A DNA stretch of 64,000 nucleotides from Dehalococcoidia bacterium (GCA_030612025.1 JAUWOR010000009.1:1-64000); one strand, 5' to 3'. Shown: positions 28,169 through 38,604, counted from the stretch's first letter. Notes: generated by a model not told the origin, from the letters alone. A program made the numbers and translations.

Positions 28169-29434
28169 CTATCCTGATTTTTGCTTCCGGTTAAACGCTG
28201 CAGCTACCTCGGCTAGAGGGATCACTTTCTGTTCCCCGCTCTTCATATCTCGCAATATTACCGTTTGGCTTTCGACTTCTGCTTTGCCTATGAGGAGCGC
28301 ATTATCAATGCCCAACGAGTTAGCCTGTCTCAACTGTCCTTTTAGACTTTTATCGCCTGCGGCCGCAATGACGGCAATTCCACTTTGGCGTAGCTCGGAG
28401 GCGAGCTTTATTGCTCTGATTTTAGCTACTTCTCCTAAGTAGGCGATAAAAGCGGTAGGCTTAGACAGAGCGGGAATGGCTATTTTTTGTCTTTTTAAAT
28501 TTAATATAATTCTTTCTATGCCAGCGGCAAAACCCACTGCTGGGGTGGGTTTCCCTCCTAGTTGTTCAATGAGGTTGTCATAGCGGCCACCGCCTCCAAG
28601 GGCGCTTTGTGCCCCTTCCTCGCGAGGGCCAACTTCAAACACGGTCCTGGTGTAATAATCTAGACCCCGTACCAATCTGTAGTTTAATTGGAAAGGAATA
28701 CCTAAAGCCTCTAAATATTGTTGCACGCTTTGGAAATGTGCTTGGCACTCAGAGCATAGGTAATCTGTGATTCTTGGTGCCGTCTCAGCAATCTTTTGAC
28801 ATGAGGCTTTTTTGCAGTCGAGTAAGCGGAGAGGATTTCTGAGCAGCCTAGCTTTGCAATCTGGGCATAGCCAAGCTGTATAGCTGGCGTAGTGCCGCCT
28901 TAGCGCCTCTATATACTTGGGTTGGCAGAGGTTACAGCCAATGCTATTAAGCTGGCAGGAGAATCCAGAGAGGCCTAGAGAGAGGAAGAATCGCCGTGCC
29001 ATCTCGATCACCTCGGCATCCAGGGCAGGGTCAGCATCCCCTATAGCTTCGTAGCCAAACTGGTGATGTTGGCGATAGCGACCAGCTTGAGGGCGCTCAT
29101 ATCTGAAAGCAGGGCCAATGTAATAGAGTTTCACCGGTTGGGGTAAATTAAATAATCCATGCTCTAGGTAGGCGCGGCAAACTGGTGCTGTTCCCTCAGC
29201 CCTTAAAGCCAATTTCTGACCACTTCTATCCTCAAAGATATACATTTCCTTATCAACAGCTATCTGCCCCCCAGCTACAGTAGGGGCGAAGAGGTGAGAA
29301 TCTTCAAAGATTGGCGTGGTCAGGAGCTGGTAGCCATAAAGCTGGCATAAGGAAGCAGCTTTTTCCTCCACATATTTCCAGTAAGCTTGCTCTTGTGGCA
29401 GGATGTCTGATGTGCCCCGGGGCGCTTTATACAC
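28169..29434 (-). CDS. hisS: Histidine--tRNA ligase
   Basis: FRYERPQAGRYRQ, LVRGLDYY, GGGRYD. Confidence 0.96.
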   Translation of the reverse strand: MYKAPRGTSDILPQEQAYWKYVEEKAASLCQLYGYQLLTTPIFEDSHLFAPTVAGGQIAVDKEMYIFEDRSGQKLALRAEGTAPVCRAYLEHGLFNLPQPVKLYYIGPAFRYERPQAGRYRQHHQFGYEAIGDADPALDAEVIEMARRFFLSLGLSGFSCQLNSIGCNLCQPKYIEALRRHYASYTAWLCPDCKARLLRNPLRLLDCKKASCQKIAETAPRITDYLCSECQAHFQSVQQYLEALGIPFQLNYRLVRGLDYYTRTVFEVGPREEGAQSALGGGGRYDNLIEQLGGKPTPAVGFAAGIERIILNLKRQKIAIPALSKPTAFIAYLGEVAKIRAIKLASELRQSGIAVIAAAGDKSLKGQLRQANSLGIDNALLIGKAEVESQTVILRDMKSGEQKVIPLAEVAAAFNRKQKSG

Positions 29435-29541
29435 GAAGCCTCCCTTCCATTGTTTTTAATTTAGTTTACCATAATAAGCTAGCATAATTTAAGTTAAAGA
29501 TTTGCTTTGGTTTTTTTCTTACGTTATTATAAACTTAGGAT

Positions 29542-31695
29542 ATGGAGATAAGCGCGCTTATAGCGAAAGCCAGCGAATATCTACCTGGTGACAAGGTAAG
29601 TCTGATTAAAGCAGCTTACGAGTTTGCCTCACAGGCCCACCAGGGGCAAATGCGCAAATCGAGAGAGCCCTTTTTAGAGCATCCTTTACATACGGCAATG
29701 ACCTTAGTTGAACTTCGACTTGATGCTGATACATTGGCTGCTGCCTTGCTGCATGATGTTCCTGAGGATTGTGGCATATCACTGGAAGAAGTTGAGGCTA
29801 ACTTCGGATCTGAAGTAACCAGATTAGTTGATGGCGTGACTAAACTGAGCAAGCTCACAAGCCGAGCTGAAGGTGAACAGAGGAAGTCGAAGGTTCAAGC
29901 GGAAAACTTACGTAAAATGCTTGTGGCTACAGCTAAAGACTTGCGGGTGGTTTTTGTTAAATTGGCTGACAGACTACATAACATGCGCACACTAGGCGCT
30001 TTGCCACCAAGGAAACGCCAGGCAATTGCCCAAGAGACGTTGGAGATATATGCTCCTCTGGCGCATCGGTTAGGCATGTGGAATGTGAAGTGGCAACTGG
30101 AGGATCTAGCCTTCCGTTATCTGGAGCCACAGCAATACCGTCGGCTTTCTCGCTTGGTGGCGGAAAAACGACTTCAGCGAGAAGGCTTTATAAACGAGGT
30201 TAGCCAGACGCTGCGTCAGGAATTAAGCCAGGCTGGCATAGAGGCTAAGGTTTTTGGTAGGCCGAAACATATTTACAGCATCTATCAAAAGATGGGCCGG
30301 TATGCCGCGCAGGGCAAGGATTTTGGCGACATCCATGACCTTTTTGCCTTGCGTGTATTAGTGGACTCCGTTCCGGATTGTTATAAGGCGCTAGGGGAAA
30401 TTCACAATTTTTGGCGTCCTATAACCGAAGAGTTTAACGATTTTATTGCTAATCCTAAAGATAATGGCTATCGCTCCCTGCATACCACAGTAATGTGCCA
30501 AGGCGTTACCCCGCTAGAAATACAAATACGGACTCATGATATGCATCAAATCGCTGAGTATGGGGTAGCTGCTCACTGGAAGTATAAGGGAGGGGAGGCA
30601 GATGCGGCATTTGACAATGAAATATCTTGGCTACGTGAGGTTAACGACTGGCGAGAAGAACTCGATAGTGAGGAGTTTCTGGAGTCGGTTAGAACCGACG
30701 TCCTTGTGGATCGAGTATATGTCTATACTCCTAAGGGTGAGATAAAGGAGTTGCCCAAGGGTGCCACCCCTCTAGATTTTGCCTTCCGAATTCATACAGA
30801 CTTGGGCTACCGTTGTATTGGGGCAAAAGTTAATGGACGGCTGGCCCCCTTGAGCTATGTACTTAATAATGCTGATGTGGTGGAAATCATCGCTGCCAAA
30901 GGGGAGAAAGGGCCCAGTTTGGATTGGCTTAACTCCCAACTTGGCTATATTAAAACTTCTCACGCCCGGGGGAAGGTGCGGCAATGGTTCAAAAGGCAGG
31001 AGCGAGGTCAGAGTATAGAGACTGGCAAGCAGCTTTTGGACAAGGAACTTAAACGTTTAGGCGTCAGCCTACCCAATGTTGATAAATTAGCCCGTCAGTT
31101 TACCTATAGTAGTTCAGATGACTTTCTCTTTGCTCTCGGTTGTGGCAGTATTAGCCCTTCTGAGGTGGCGCTTAAACTAAGCGCAGATTTTGAGCCACCG
31201 AGCAAAACAGTCGAAATTTCGCCTCCGAGGAAGATTAGCCCTTCGAGTGTCCGAGTATTGGGTGTTGGTGACTTGTTCACTCGTTTAGCCAGTTGTTGCC
31301 ATCCATTGCCGGGAGACGAGATTATTGGTTATATTACTCAAGGACGTGGTATCACCGTGCATCGCCGGGATTGCCCTAATATTATCAATGAGGTAGAAAA
31401 GGAGCGACTGATCAATGTCAATTGGGGTGATGTGGAGCAAGTTTACCCGGTAACTATTCAGGTTGATGCCTGGGATAGAGTTGGGTTAGTTCGGGATATT
31501 AGTGCTATCATAGCTGACGAAGGGGTAAATATTACCGATGTTAATATGACTAGCCATGACGATAATATTATCTTACTATACTTTACCCTCGAGATTAAAA
31601 GCACAGCTAAGTTAAGTAGATTGATGTCTAAAATTTACTCGGTATGGAATGTGATAAATGTAGTAAGGAAAGGAGAAGTGAGTGCTAAGCAGTAA
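29542..31695 (+). CDS. relA: Bifunctional (p)ppGpp synthetase/hydrolase
   Basis: LLHDV, KLADRLHNMRT, GYRSLHT, TGS and ACT domains. Confidence 0.95.
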   Translation: MEISALIAKASEYLPGDKVSLIKAAYEFASQAHQGQMRKSREPFLEHPLHTAMTLVELRLDADTLAAALLHDVPEDCGISLEEVEANFGSEVTRLVDGVTKLSKLTSRAEGEQRKSKVQAENLRKMLVATAKDLRVVFVKLADRLHNMRTLGALPPRKRQAIAQETLEIYAPLAHRLGMWNVKWQLEDLAFRYLEPQQYRRLSRLVAEKRLQREGFINEVSQTLRQELSQAGIEAKVFGRPKHIYSIYQKMGRYAAQGKDFGDIHDLFALRVLVDSVPDCYKALGEIHNFWRPITEEFNDFIANPKDNGYRSLHTTVMCQGVTPLEIQIRTHDMHQIAEYGVAAHWKYKGGEADAAFDNEISWLREVNDWREELDSEEFLESVRTDVLVDRVYVYTPKGEIKELPKGATPLDFAFRIHTDLGYRCIGAKVNGRLAPLSYVLNNADVVEIIAAKGEKGPSLDWLNSQLGYIKTSHARGKVRQWFKRQERGQSIETGKQLLDKELKRLGVSLPNVDKLARQFTYSSSDDFLFALGCGSISPSEVALKLSADFEPPSKTVEISPPRKISPSSVRVLGVGDLFTRLASCCHPLPGDEIIGYITQGRGITVHRRDCPNIINEVEKERLINVNWGDVEQVYPVTIQVDAWDRVGLVRDISAIIADEGVNITDVNMTSHDDNIILLYFTLEIKSTAKLSRLMSKIYSVWNVINVVRKGEVSAKQ

Positions 31696-32017
31696 GTCAA
31701 TTAACAAAGCAGCGCGGATGGCGGAAAGAAAGCGATTACGAAATCGCCTGGTGCGAGGTAGCACTAGAACTCAGATAAGTAAGGTACGAAGGCTTATTAC
31801 CTCTAGGGAATTAGAATCAGCAAAGCAAGAGATGGTGGCAGCCACAAGCAGCATTGATAAAGCTACAAGTAAAGGGGTTATTCATAAAAATAAAGGTGCC
31901 AGGCTTAAATCTCGTTTAATGAAGAAGCTAAACGCCGCCGTTGTGGTGGGCCAAAGCAATGTCATTGCGAGCGAAGCGAAGCAACCTCGCAGTAAAGGGA
32001 AGGTGGAACAATCTTAA
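31682..32017 (+). CDS. rpsT: 30S ribosomal protein S20 with repeat-derived C-terminal extension
   Basis: IDKATSKGVIHKNKGARLKSRL. Confidence 0.92.
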   Translation: MLSSKSINKAARMAERKRLRNRLVRGSTRTQISKVRRLITSRELESAKQEMVAATSSIDKATSKGVIHKNKGARLKSRLMKKLNAAVVVGQSNVIASEAKQPRSKGKVEQS

Positions 32018-32038
32018 AGAAGCGGAGGTTAATATTTC

Positions 32039-32683
32039 TTGGCTGCTAAAGCACTTTCTTCAAAGCAAAAGCGTATTATCAGCTTTATCCATGATTTTTT
32101 GCGCCAAAAGGGCTATCCCCCCAGTGTTAGGGATATTGCTAAGGGATGCCAGATAAGTTCCACTTCAGTGGTAGCTTATAACTTGGCTAGATTGGAAGAA
32201 GCGGGATATATCCACCGACATAGCGATATATCGCGAGGAATTGAGCTTCTGAATGGCTGGCAAAATAGCCGGAAGGTTGTTTATATCCCTATAGTGGGGA
32301 GGATAGCTGCTGGAGAACCCATTCCTGTGCCTGCTTCAGACACAGGGAGCGTTATCTCTACTGAGGGGTTAGAGGTAAGCGAGGAGTTAACAAAGGGGAG
32401 ACAAAATGTTTATGCCCTTCGAGTGAAGGGTGACTCCATGGTAGACGCTTTGATAAAAGATGGTGACATCGTCTTAATGGATTATGTCACTACTGCTGAG
32501 GAAGGAGAAATGGTAGCAGTTTGGCTTAAGAGGGAGCAAGAGGTCACGCTGAAAAAAATTTTTACCGAGCCAAACCGCATTCGTTTGGAACCGGCAAATA
32601 GTCAGACGAAACCCATCTACACTACTCCAGACAACGTTGAGATCCAAGGGAGAGTTGTTGCTGTTATTCGGCGCATGCCATAG
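32039..32683 (+). CDS. lexA: LexA repressor
   Basis: GYPPSVRDI, AAG cleavage site, GDSM, TLKK. Confidence 0.95.
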   Translation: MAAKALSSKQKRIISFIHDFLRQKGYPPSVRDIAKGCQISSTSVVAYNLARLEEAGYIHRHSDISRGIELLNGWQNSRKVVYIPIVGRIAAGEPIPVPASDTGSVISTEGLEVSEELTKGRQNVYALRVKGDSMVDALIKDGDIVLMDYVTTAEEGEMVAVWLKREQEVTLKKIFTEPNRIRLEPANSQTKPIYTTPDNVEIQGRVVAVIRRMP

Positions 32684-32689
32684 CTTAGG

Positions 32690-32794
32690 AAATGCAAAAA
32701 GCAAAAATAAAAATGCCAAAATACAGAGAAAAAGTTAAAAAGTTTTGCATTTTGAGTTGTAATTTTGACTTTTGGTCTTTGATTTTTAATTTTG
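32690..32794. repeat. Inverted heptamer-repeat element
   Basis: A-rich AAAATGC/AAAAAGC arm followed by a T-rich TTTTGCA/TTTTGAC arm. Confidence 0.7.
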
Positions 32795-32795
32795 T

Positions 32796-33359
32796 GTGAT
32801 GTTATCCCAATTCAAGGCAGTAGGACATGCCCTTTTTACTCAAGGGCTTGTCTCTCCCTGTAGTGGCAACCTCAGTATAAAGCTGGGAGAGCATCTAGTT
32901 ATCACACATCGGGGCAGCACTTTGGGGTCCATTGGGGAGGCAGATTTAGTAGAAACTGGTATTGCTAAGAACGATCGGGCTACGCCTTTGGCATCCAGCG
33001 AGTTAGCGGTTCATCGTTCTATTTATAAGAACACATCAGCATTAGCTGTGGTGCATGCTCATCCACCCTACGCCGTTGCCTTGTCCTTTATAGAAAAAGA
33101 GATTATACCTTGTGATATGGAAGGGCGAGCTCTGTTGCCAAAAGTGCTAATCTTGGGCCAGGGGATAGCGCTAAAGGCTGGAGACCTCGGCGAAGAAATA
33201 GCCGAAACCTTGAAGCAATATAAAGTGGTTTTGGTGTGGGGTCATGGAAGTTTTGCTGCTGGCCAGCTACTAGAGGAAGCTTATTACTATACTAGTGTAC
33301 TGGAGCAGAGCTGTCGTCTCCTCTATTTGCTCAAGGCTTTAGGGCGAATCCTAACTTAA
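32796..33359 (+). CDS. Class II aldolase/adducin family protein
   Basis: SGNLS, ASSELAVH, VHAHP, GHG. Confidence 0.9.
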   Translation: MMLSQFKAVGHALFTQGLVSPCSGNLSIKLGEHLVITHRGSTLGSIGEADLVETGIAKNDRATPLASSELAVHRSIYKNTSALAVVHAHPPYAVALSFIEKEIIPCDMEGRALLPKVLILGQGIALKAGDLGEEIAETLKQYKVVLVWGHGSFAAGQLLEEAYYYTSVLEQSCRLLYLLKALGRILT

Positions 33360-33423
33360 TGGATAAATACTAAGCACTAATATCCAAATCTTAAACGCTT
33401 GGGATTTTGGGTTTTGAAATTGT

Positions 33424-34365
33424 TTAGGAATTGGAGTGTAGAATTTGGGATTTAGCCAAAAAGGTATACCAATCAAGGTATTTAGGATTCCTGCCTAGTA
33501 TCACCTCTACGAAGAGCTTTTGTAGCGCCGATGTTATTTTGCCAATCTCACCTGTGCCTACTGGACGGTGGTCAATTTCCACAATTGGGGCTATATGGGC
33601 AGCCGTGCCGCTAAAGAAGCACTCATCAGCGAGGTAGAGTTCGCTCTTGTCAACACTTCTCTCTATAGTGTCTAGGCCTAACTCGTTCTTGGCTAGTTTT
33701 ATCACAGTATCTCTGGTAATGCCCATAAGGATGTTGTCAGAGGAAGGGGGGGTAACTAGTTTCCCATTGATGACAAGGAAGATGTTTTCCCCGCTGCCCT
33801 CGGAGACATGTCCATCGTGAGTTAGCAATATTGCTTCGTCAAAGCCGTTTTCCCAAGCCTCGGTTTTAGCTAAAGCGCTGTTGACATAAATACCACAGAT
33901 CTTGCCTCGAGCCGGAATCATAGTATCATCAACGCGGCGCCATGATGAAGTGCAGCAGCGCACTCCCTCTCCAATACCAAGGTAAGGAGGAAGAGTGGTC
34001 ACGATGATAAAGAAATCGTCCTCTAGGTCATGGAGGCGGACGCCAATAGTTTCGGAGCTTTTGTAGGCTAAGGGGCGGATATATACATCTTCATGGTAGC
34101 CGCTCCTTCTTACAAGCTCAGTAGTCAATTGACATAGCTTATCACTGGAGTAAGGGAGATTGATTTTTAAGATGCGACAACCATTCAGAATGCGGTTATA
34201 ATGGTCCTTTACGCGGAAGAGGCAAAATCTTTCTTGCTCACTATCCCAATTACCGCGGATACCATCAAAGCAGGCGGTACCATAGTGCAAGGCGTGAGTT
34301 AAAATCCCGATTTTGGCTTCAGACAATGGCATGAATTGTTTCTGGAAAAAAGCATAAGGTGGCAT
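33424..34365 (-). CDS. ilvE: Branched-chain amino acid aminotransferase
   Basis: HALHYG, EGSGENIF, GITRDTV, SGTAA. Confidence 0.95.
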   Translation of the reverse strand: MPPYAFFQKQFMPLSEAKIGILTHALHYGTACFDGIRGNWDSEQERFCLFRVKDHYNRILNGCRILKINLPYSSDKLCQLTTELVRRSGYHEDVYIRPLAYKSSETIGVRLHDLEDDFFIIVTTLPPYLGIGEGVRCCTSSWRRVDDTMIPARGKICGIYVNSALAKTEAWENGFDEAILLTHDGHVSEGSGENIFLVINGKLVTPPSSDNILMGITRDTVIKLAKNELGLDTIERSVDKSELYLADECFFSGTAAHIAPIVEIDHRPVGTGEIGKITSALQKLFVEVILGRNPKYLDWYTFLAKSQILHSNS

Positions 34366-34439
34366 CTTTCCTCCTTTTATTATTTATAGGTAATTCAGGG
34401 CAATTATACTTTGTGGCCCAAGGTAAAAACAAGCCTGCC

Positions 34440-35600
34440 TTAAATAGAAATGTCCTTGCCGGCCTTTATCGATGCTGGGCCGTATTTTCTTCGAATCTGG
34501 TCGATAGCTTTATCTAGATGCTCCAATTTTTCTCTTTCGGAATCAAACATATGGAGCTGCCTTTCTTTGCCAGATAAACTTGACACCCTGATACCTATAA
34601 GGCGGATTGGTTCCCCCCTTTGTACTAAAGTTTCGCTCAGTAATTGCCGGGCTGCGGCGAAGATAACCTGACTAACATTGCTAGCTTCTTTTAAGGTAAC
34701 TTGGCGAGTGATTGTCCTGAAGTCAGCATATCTTAACCTTAAAGTCACACACCTTGCCTGTTTATCTCGATAGCGTAGCTCTGCACTGACTTGCTGGCAT
34801 AAGTGGTGGAGGTTAGCCTCAAGAAAATGGCGGTCTAAAGTATCTTGAGCAAAAGTTGTTTGCTTACTAATGGACTTGGATTCACCAGGTGCCTCTACCC
34901 TTCGGTCATCTATTCCATTGGCGTAGCGATGAATTACTACCCCGAATTTTCCAAAGTGTTTTTCCACTATATTTAAAGGAAGTGAGGCTAATTCAGCTAT
35001 GGTGGTTACACCCATCTCTTTTAATACTTGCTCTGTCTTTTTGCCCACTCCAGGTAATCTAGCTACCGGAAGAGGGTTTAGGAAGTGGCGCTCTTCCCCC
35101 CGGGCTACTTCCAGCAGTCCATCGGGCTTACATAAATCTGAGGCAATTTTAGCCACCACCTTGCATGTGGCAATGCCCACTGAGGCTGTTAGCCTGAGCT
35201 CTCTACGTATTCGGTCTTTTAGCGCTAAGGCCATTTGGCGCAAAGAGCCATAAGGTTCCTCACAGCCAGTAACGTCAAGGTATGCCTCATCAAGCCCCAA
35301 AGGCTCAACACAGGGAGAGAAATCAGCCAAGATTTCCATAAACTTGTCTGCCGCCTCTCTATAGCGGGAGAAATTAGCCTGGATAAAAATAGCTTGAGGG
35401 CAGAGGCGGCGAGCTTTAGATAAAGGCATGCCGGCATGGATGCCGAAGGGGCGCGCTTCGTAAGAAGCAGAAGCTACCACGCCACGCCGCTCAGGGTCTC
35501 CACCGACAATTACTGGGTTTCCCTTTAGCTTCGGGTCAAGCACTTGCTCCACAGAGACGAAGAAAGCATCCAAATCAATGTGGAAAATACCGCGAGCCAT
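34440..35600 (-). CDS. dinB: DNA polymerase IV
   Basis: HIDLDAFFVSVE, SYEAR, LDEAYLD, KPDG. Confidence 0.95.
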   Translation of the reverse strand: MARGIFHIDLDAFFVSVEQVLDPKLKGNPVIVGGDPERRGVVASASYEARPFGIHAGMPLSKARRLCPQAIFIQANFSRYREAADKFMEILADFSPCVEPLGLDEAYLDVTGCEEPYGSLRQMALALKDRIRRELRLTASVGIATCKVVAKIASDLCKPDGLLEVARGEERHFLNPLPVARLPGVGKKTEQVLKEMGVTTIAELASLPLNIVEKHFGKFGVVIHRYANGIDDRRVEAPGESKSISKQTTFAQDTLDRHFLEANLHHLCQQVSAELRYRDKQARCVTLRLRYADFRTITRQVTLKEASNVSQVIFAAARQLLSETLVQRGEPIRLIGIRVSSLSGKERQLHMFDSEREKLEHLDKAIDQIRRKYGPASIKAGKDISI

Positions 35601-35786
35601 ACTGCGAATTATAGATTAGCTTTAGAAAGGTAGCAATGATTAATTATCGTCTTTTGGAAGTGGCTCTCTTTTGTGTTGATAGGGCATGACTTTCTATATC
35701 TGCCCATTCGTGATAGGGCTCTGTTAGCACTACGTGACCTGGAAGTCTTTCTGAGCTTATTTTATATTATTGTTCCCCTGCAGCAC

Positions 35787-35874
35787 TTAATCGCTCTTGG
35801 AAAGAACTTCCTTTAACCTTCTCTCAAAAATGCTTCGCTCCAAAAGCACCCTTCGTTGGCATTTGAGGCATTTA
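35787..35874 (-). repeat. Orphan duplicate of the DUF951 gene 3' end
   Basis: [28 protein letters not shown]; 20-nt identity between 35842-35861 and 37486-37505. Confidence 0.88.
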
Positions 35875-35899
35875 CCTTGGCATCTGAAAGTGAATCGCG

Positions 35900-36154
35900 T
35901 TATCTTAAAAGATTCAAGCGTTTTAAATCTTCCTCACTCCACTTAGCCTGTTTCTCAATGATGCTTTTTAGAGTTTCTCTGGTAAAAGTCTCGCCAGAAC
36001 GTGTGAAGGGAACTGTCACTCTTCGACCATCTGGATGATGGTAACGATGATGACTACCTCGCTGGCGGGTAAAAATGAATCCTTCTTTTGACAGAGCTTT
36101 TATCAATTCTCGAGCCGTGAGGGAACCAAGTTTTCCATAATCAATCTTGTTCAT
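35900..36154 (-). CDS. hicA: HicA toxin
   Basis: RQRGSHHRYHHPDGRRVTVP. Confidence 0.9.
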   Translation of the reverse strand: MNKIDYGKLGSLTARELIKALSKEGFIFTRQRGSHHRYHHPDGRRVTVPFTRSGETFTRETLKSIIEKQAKWSEEDLKRLNLLR

Positions 36155-36390
36155 ACATTTACTGTCACCAGGGCTTCCTCAGAGACAGTCATTCTTTCTG
36201 TAATGGGTATTGGCTTTCCCTCCTCAGCAAATTCCTCCAAAATCATAGAGAGGACTTCCGTAATATTTTTTAAAGCCTCCTCTTTGGTTTTACCCCAAGT
36301 AGAAGCTCCAATTTCTTCCCAAGGAGGATAAAAAGCTCGCCATCCCTCCTCATCAGGTTCTAAATCCACGTTAAAAGCATAGGTTTTCAT
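36151..36390 (-). CDS. hicB: HicB antitoxin
   Basis: TWGKTKEEALKNI.E. Confidence 0.9.
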   Translation of the reverse strand: MKTYAFNVDLEPDEEGWRAFYPPWEEIGASTWGKTKEEALKNITEVLSMILEEFAEEGKPIPITERMTVSEEALVTVNV

Positions 36391-36463
36391 TTACTCATTC
36401 TCTAACCTTTAACTTAGTTTAACTTAATTTAAAGATCTATTCAAGGCGTATTTTAGGGTTACT

Positions 36464-37330
36464 TCAATCCTCACTGTCAATCAGGTCATCCCGGGTGCTA
36501 GACTCAAAGAGACTTAGTTGTGCTCCTCCTTGAGTACCCAAGCTGACCTTGCGTGGCACCAGCCCTTGTTCGTCAAGGCCGCCCAGCCTATTAATGTTTT
36601 CCACGATGGTGGGCAGGCAGTATTCAGCCATTGCTTCCATGATGTGTGGGGTGTTAAAACGCAAAATCCTCCAGCCGGCTGTTTCCAGGTCATTGTCTCG
36701 CAGGTTGTCTAGCGGAATGCGGTCCGGGTCGGCATGCCAGATGTCACCATCAGCCTCTACGTCAATCTTGCCTGATGCGCAGTAAACGGCAAAGTCCAGG
36801 GCGTAAGTGCGTCTTTTCACTGGCACAAACTCTTGCCGCGCTGCAGTGATGTTTAGCCGCTTGAGCTCAGCCCATAGTCGGTCTTCTAGCGGGCTCTCAT
36901 CGTATAGGTCGTTGATTTCCGCGGCATTTATAAACTTCTGCCAGGTGGTTGGGATGAAAACGATAAGTCGTCGGCGTCGGCTGAAAATGGGTTGGGGCAG
37001 CCGCTGCAATGGTGACAGCAACAGTTGGTAGTAGCGTTGTTGTCCCCTCTCATCATGGGGTTGCTCAGGGAAGAGCTGCCAGCGGAAGACTCTGCGAATA
37101 TTGAGGACACGTGCAAAGTAATTCACAGCGTAGGCTTCACTGCCAAAGACTTTGGTCTGGTAGAAAGCTAGCCATTGGGGTGGCCAGCGTTTTTTAAGCA
37201 GATTTTCCACGCTGCGCACTGGGATGCGGTACCAGTGCTGGTTGCGAGCGATGGTGAAGTCCAGCAGGTTGTTCATAATGGCAACTAGCACCTCGCCTCG
37301 TGTATCTATTGTGTCTTTCGATCGTTTCAA
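36464..37330 (-). CDS. DUF559 (Vsr-like) endonuclease with aromatic-rich N-terminal domain
   Basis: ESPLE..LW, YALDFA, VEADG..WH, RDN.L...GWRILRF. Confidence 0.85.
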   Translation of the reverse strand: MKRSKDTIDTRGEVLVAIMNNLLDFTIARNQHWYRIPVRSVENLLKKRWPPQWLAFYQTKVFGSEAYAVNYFARVLNIRRVFRWQLFPEQPHDERGQQRYYQLLLSPLQRLPQPIFSRRRRLIVFIPTTWQKFINAAEINDLYDESPLEDRLWAELKRLNITAARQEFVPVKRRTYALDFAVYCASGKIDVEADGDIWHADPDRIPLDNLRDNDLETAGWRILRFNTPHIMEAMAEYCLPTIVENINRLGGLDEQGLVPRKVSLGTQGGAQLSLFESSTRDDLIDSED

Positions 37331-37409
37331 TCTTACCTCTTTGCGCTAGGCTCTATTTTTCGTTATGTGTCATTCTGAGCTGTAGGCGAAGAATCTCCGA
37401 GACCCTTCG

Positions 37410-37622
37410 CTATCGCTCAGGGTGACAGTTGGACTCCCTCTTATAAACTATTTCTCTTACCCCTCTCTCGAATGTGCCCCTTTCTAAAAGCACCCTTCGT
37501 TGGCACTTAAGGCATTTAAGGCCGATGTCGGCGCCTACTCTTACTACCTCCCACTCATAGCTGCCGCAAGGATGTGGTTTGCGCAGTCGAACTACATCAC
37601 CAATCTTTATGTTTACAGTCAT
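37410..37622 (-). CDS. DUF951 family protein
   Basis: [15 protein letters not shown]...RVGAD..KC..C. Confidence 0.9.
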   Translation of the reverse strand: MTVNIKIGDVVRLRKPHPCGSYEWEVVRVGADIGLKCLKCQRRVLLERGTFERGVREIVYKRESNCHPER

Positions 37623-37761
37623 CTTGAGGTCGTTTAGCAACCCCTCCTGTCATTCTGCCCTCTAGCGAAGGGACACGGAGATTCTTCGGTCGCTTCGCTC
37701 CCTCAGAATGACAAAAAATGAAGGACTCAGAGCTTCGGCGCAGGGTGACAAAATAAAGATA

Positions 37762-38562
37762 TCACTTTGCTTTTAGACAAGAGTTGATTTGGTTGCGTAT
37801 TTTCTCGGCTGCATTCCTGGCTGCTTGGGCAAAATCCTTCTCTCGTGAAGCATAAAGAACTTGTCTTGATACATTGATGATCGCTTTTTCCCCTTGAGCA
37901 TCCACTCCGTAGCTAACCGCTAAAGCCAAATCTCCACCTTGCGCACCAATGCCCGGGATGAGCAAGCACATCTCGGGGCAAATTGAGCGAACCCTCTTCA
38001 ATTCCTCGGGATAAGTAGCCCCCACCACCAAGCCAACATTGCCATAAATATTCCATTCTTTGGCTTTCTGTGCCACCATTTCATAGAGCGACAAACCACC
38101 AGTGCAATGAAGATCTTGAAAATCCGAAGCACCTCGGTTTGATGTTCGACATAAGATGAACACTCCTTTATCTTGGTAGCTAATGAAGGGCTCTATGGAA
38201 TCGAAGCCAAGATAAGGGTTAACTGTGGCAGCATCAAAGCCAAGGGTGGAGAAAAGTGCTCTGGCATAAGCTTTAGCCGTGTTACCTATGTCGCCACGCT
38301 TGGCGTCACCAATTATGGGTATATCAGGAGGCATATATTTGATGGTCTTCTCTAAAATGACAAGCCCTTCAATTCCCAGGGCTTCATAAAAAGCCAGATT
38401 GGGTTTATAGGCACATACCAAGTCGTGAGTGGAGTTGATGATAGCTTTGTTAAATTCCAAAATACCTACTTTAGGCATAAGGTCTGGATTTGGGTCAAGC
38501 CCAATGCAAAGCAAACTTTCGTTTTTCCGGCTAATATTAAGCAGTTTGTCAATGAAGTTCAT
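37762..38562 (-). CDS. pyrF: Orotidine-5'-phosphate decarboxylase
   Basis: CIGLDP, DAKRGDIGNT, PGIGAQGG. Confidence 0.95.
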   Translation of the reverse strand: MNFIDKLLNISRKNESLLCIGLDPNPDLMPKVGILEFNKAIINSTHDLVCAYKPNLAFYEALGIEGLVILEKTIKYMPPDIPIIGDAKRGDIGNTAKAYARALFSTLGFDAATVNPYLGFDSIEPFISYQDKGVFILCRTSNRGASDFQDLHCTGGLSLYEMVAQKAKEWNIYGNVGLVVGATYPEELKRVRSICPEMCLLIPGIGAQGGDLALAVSYGVDAQGEKAIINVSRQVLYASREKDFAQAARNAAEKIRNQINSCLKAK

Positions 38563-38604
38563 TAGCTGGATAATATCAAAGGATGCCTATAAAATAAAGC
38601 TCAA

